Shown: positions 36,243 to 38,053 of the stretch, one piece after another
Position numbering within the stretch: position 1 is the first letter of the stretch
Layout: each line of letters opens with the position of its first letter
NCBI GenBank assembly: GCA_021432655.1
Contig: MU271413.1
Coordinates: 1-38,053, forward strand
Source of the DNA: Atractiella rhizophila
Lineage: Eukaryota
DNA length: 38,053 nt
Direction: 5' to 3'
The notes under the pieces: generated by a model
What the model saw: the letters and a program-made list of their open reading frames with translations, nothing else
Told to the model about the DNA's origin: nothing
Database searches by the model: none
Program-made: the position numbers and the translations under genes

Positions 36243-38053
36243 TTACATTACAACCGATCTCAACGGCTGCTGCTGTCTAGAAACGGTCCGCATGGGTTGG
36301 GGAACAGTCAAAGTGTTCGAGGGAGAAGGATGAGGGCTAGATGAAGGAGAAGTAGGGCGAGATCCCTGCGGAGTGTGAAGGAGAGGTGTAGACGGAACTG
36401 AGCGGTTGTGAGCAAGATGCGATTTCACAAGATGTCCCTATATTTCCCATAAGCACAATCTTTCAAGATGGCACAAGGAACAACGTACAGCCGCAAGGGC
36501 GCTCATGAGTGACAATTCGCCAGCCATGACTGCAGCGCAGATAACTCGAGCGAGCCGGCGTGCGTTTTCTCCAGGCATTTCGTCGTTCGATCCTCGAACG
36601 CCTAGAAGATCAAGCATGGCTTGTTGGGGACCAAGGACTGAGGAGTTGGGGTCAGGTTCTGTATTCTCACTGATGGGAAGACGTACTGGTTCCACCTCCA
36701 ACAGTACCTACTTCGATGGAAGGCATCGAGCATGTGATGAGAAGGTCCTTGCCTCCATTGATGCCCTCCATGAGGGTCATGCAGTTCGAGCTCTCGACAT
36801 TCTGAGCCGGATCTTGACCACAAGCAAGGAAGAGAGCCTGTTTAATCAACTATTAGTATCAGGGCTATGCTATCAGGGAAAGCTCGGCGTACTGTGACAA
36901 TGTTGGCAGCGTGAGCATTGTTGCCGCCGATAGAGCCGGCCAACGCGCTTCCAATGAGATTCTTCGATATATTGAGCTTAACGAGATCCTCAACAGTCGT
37001 TTTCAGGACCTTTGTGACGACGTCTCCTGGCACAATTCCCTCAGCCACGACGCTCTTGCCTCGTCCTTCAATCCAATTGATGGCTGAAGGTTTCTTATCG
37101 ATACAGAAGTTTCCAGAAAGAGCAATGATCCTCATTTCTGGAAAGTGTTCCACCATCATCATATCCAGCGCCCTTTCGGTCCCCTTAGAAATCATGTTCA
37201 TCCCCATTGCATCCCCTGTCTGAGTCGCAAACCTCACGTAGAGGCTTCGTCCTGCCATGGAGGACTTGAGATCGCGGAGGCGGGCAAAGCGAGAGGTGGA
37301 ATTGAAAGAAGCTTTCATGAGGTTTGATCCCTCTTCCGAATCGAGCCATTGTTTCGCTCGCGCACAAGCTGAGATGGAAGGGAACTCGAGAACGGGTCCA
37401 CGTGTCATCGCATCTTGGACCAAAACAGTCGTCACTCCGCCTCCTGCGTTCAATGCCTTGCATCCACGAGATGTGGAAGCGACGAGTGCTCCTTCTGTCG
37501 TGCCCATAGGAATAGGAACCGGGACACCATCGACACGAAGAGGTCCAGCAATACCGACGGGGATGGGAACATATCCGACGACGTTCTCGCAACATTGGCC
37601 CATGACTTTGCTGTAGTCGTAATTCTTATAGGGGAGATTGGAGTGCTCGAGATTCTTGCTCAATGAAGCGCGCGCTATAGATCATCATCAGCTGCGTGCT
37701 CAATCTCAACATGGGCAGGGGAACGCACAAATGAGAGCCCTTCTCAACCTCACTGCCCTTTCGTAGTCATTTAGCAGCTTTTCCAACGCATAAGCCGCGA
37801 CTTTGCCCTTCTGAACCAGAGCAATGATCTCCTCATCGGTCAACATCTCAGCTCCAGCACCACCAGCAAAGAGTTCAAAGCATTCGTCGACGCTCCTCTG
37901 CTTCGCAACAACGCTGAGGGAATGCTTAGTCGTATCGTCCTCCGCCACCACATCAGTCACAGCAAAGGTGGGGTTCTTCCTCGTTCCCCTAAGCGAGATA
38001 ACAGGCACATTTCTGTCTTTATCGTGATGAGGGACCATGGGAGCAGCAAGCGA
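36243..38053 (-). CDS. HMG1: HMG-CoA reductase, catalytic C-terminal part (5' end outside the window)
   Basis: [96 protein letters not shown]. Confidence 0.97.

Overview
Gene-dense, intron-rich fungal DNA; the short ~50-nt GT-AG introns with CTRAC-like branch sites suggest a basidiomycete. Hand splicing of the ORF fragments gives about 14 genes: an RRM protein, a Ca2+/H+ exchanger (VCX1/CAX), WHI2, UDP-glucose 4-epimerase, ACL4-like TPR chaperone, PGI1, MCM2, a Man1/Src1-type nuclear envelope protein, TFIIF-beta, a SET/MYND methyltransferase, a MEI4-like protein, a divergent WOPR (Gti1/Pac2) transcription factor, an SCY1-like pseudokinase and the 3' part of HMG-CoA reductase. The most unusual features are: (1) a degenerate WOPR domain hidden across four exons, whose 3' 2.4 kb is tandemly duplicated with a 1-nt out-of-frame junction; (2) two oversized, strongly base-paired introns (580 nt in SCY1, 338 nt in ACL4) that look like ncRNA hosts; (3) a chain of 2-, 7- and 15-nt microexons building the epimerase Rossmann motif; (4) a MEI4-like gene needing a GC-AG intron; (5) a 1-nt frameshift in SCY1 exon 1. 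All family assignments come from motif recognition by eye, not database searches.
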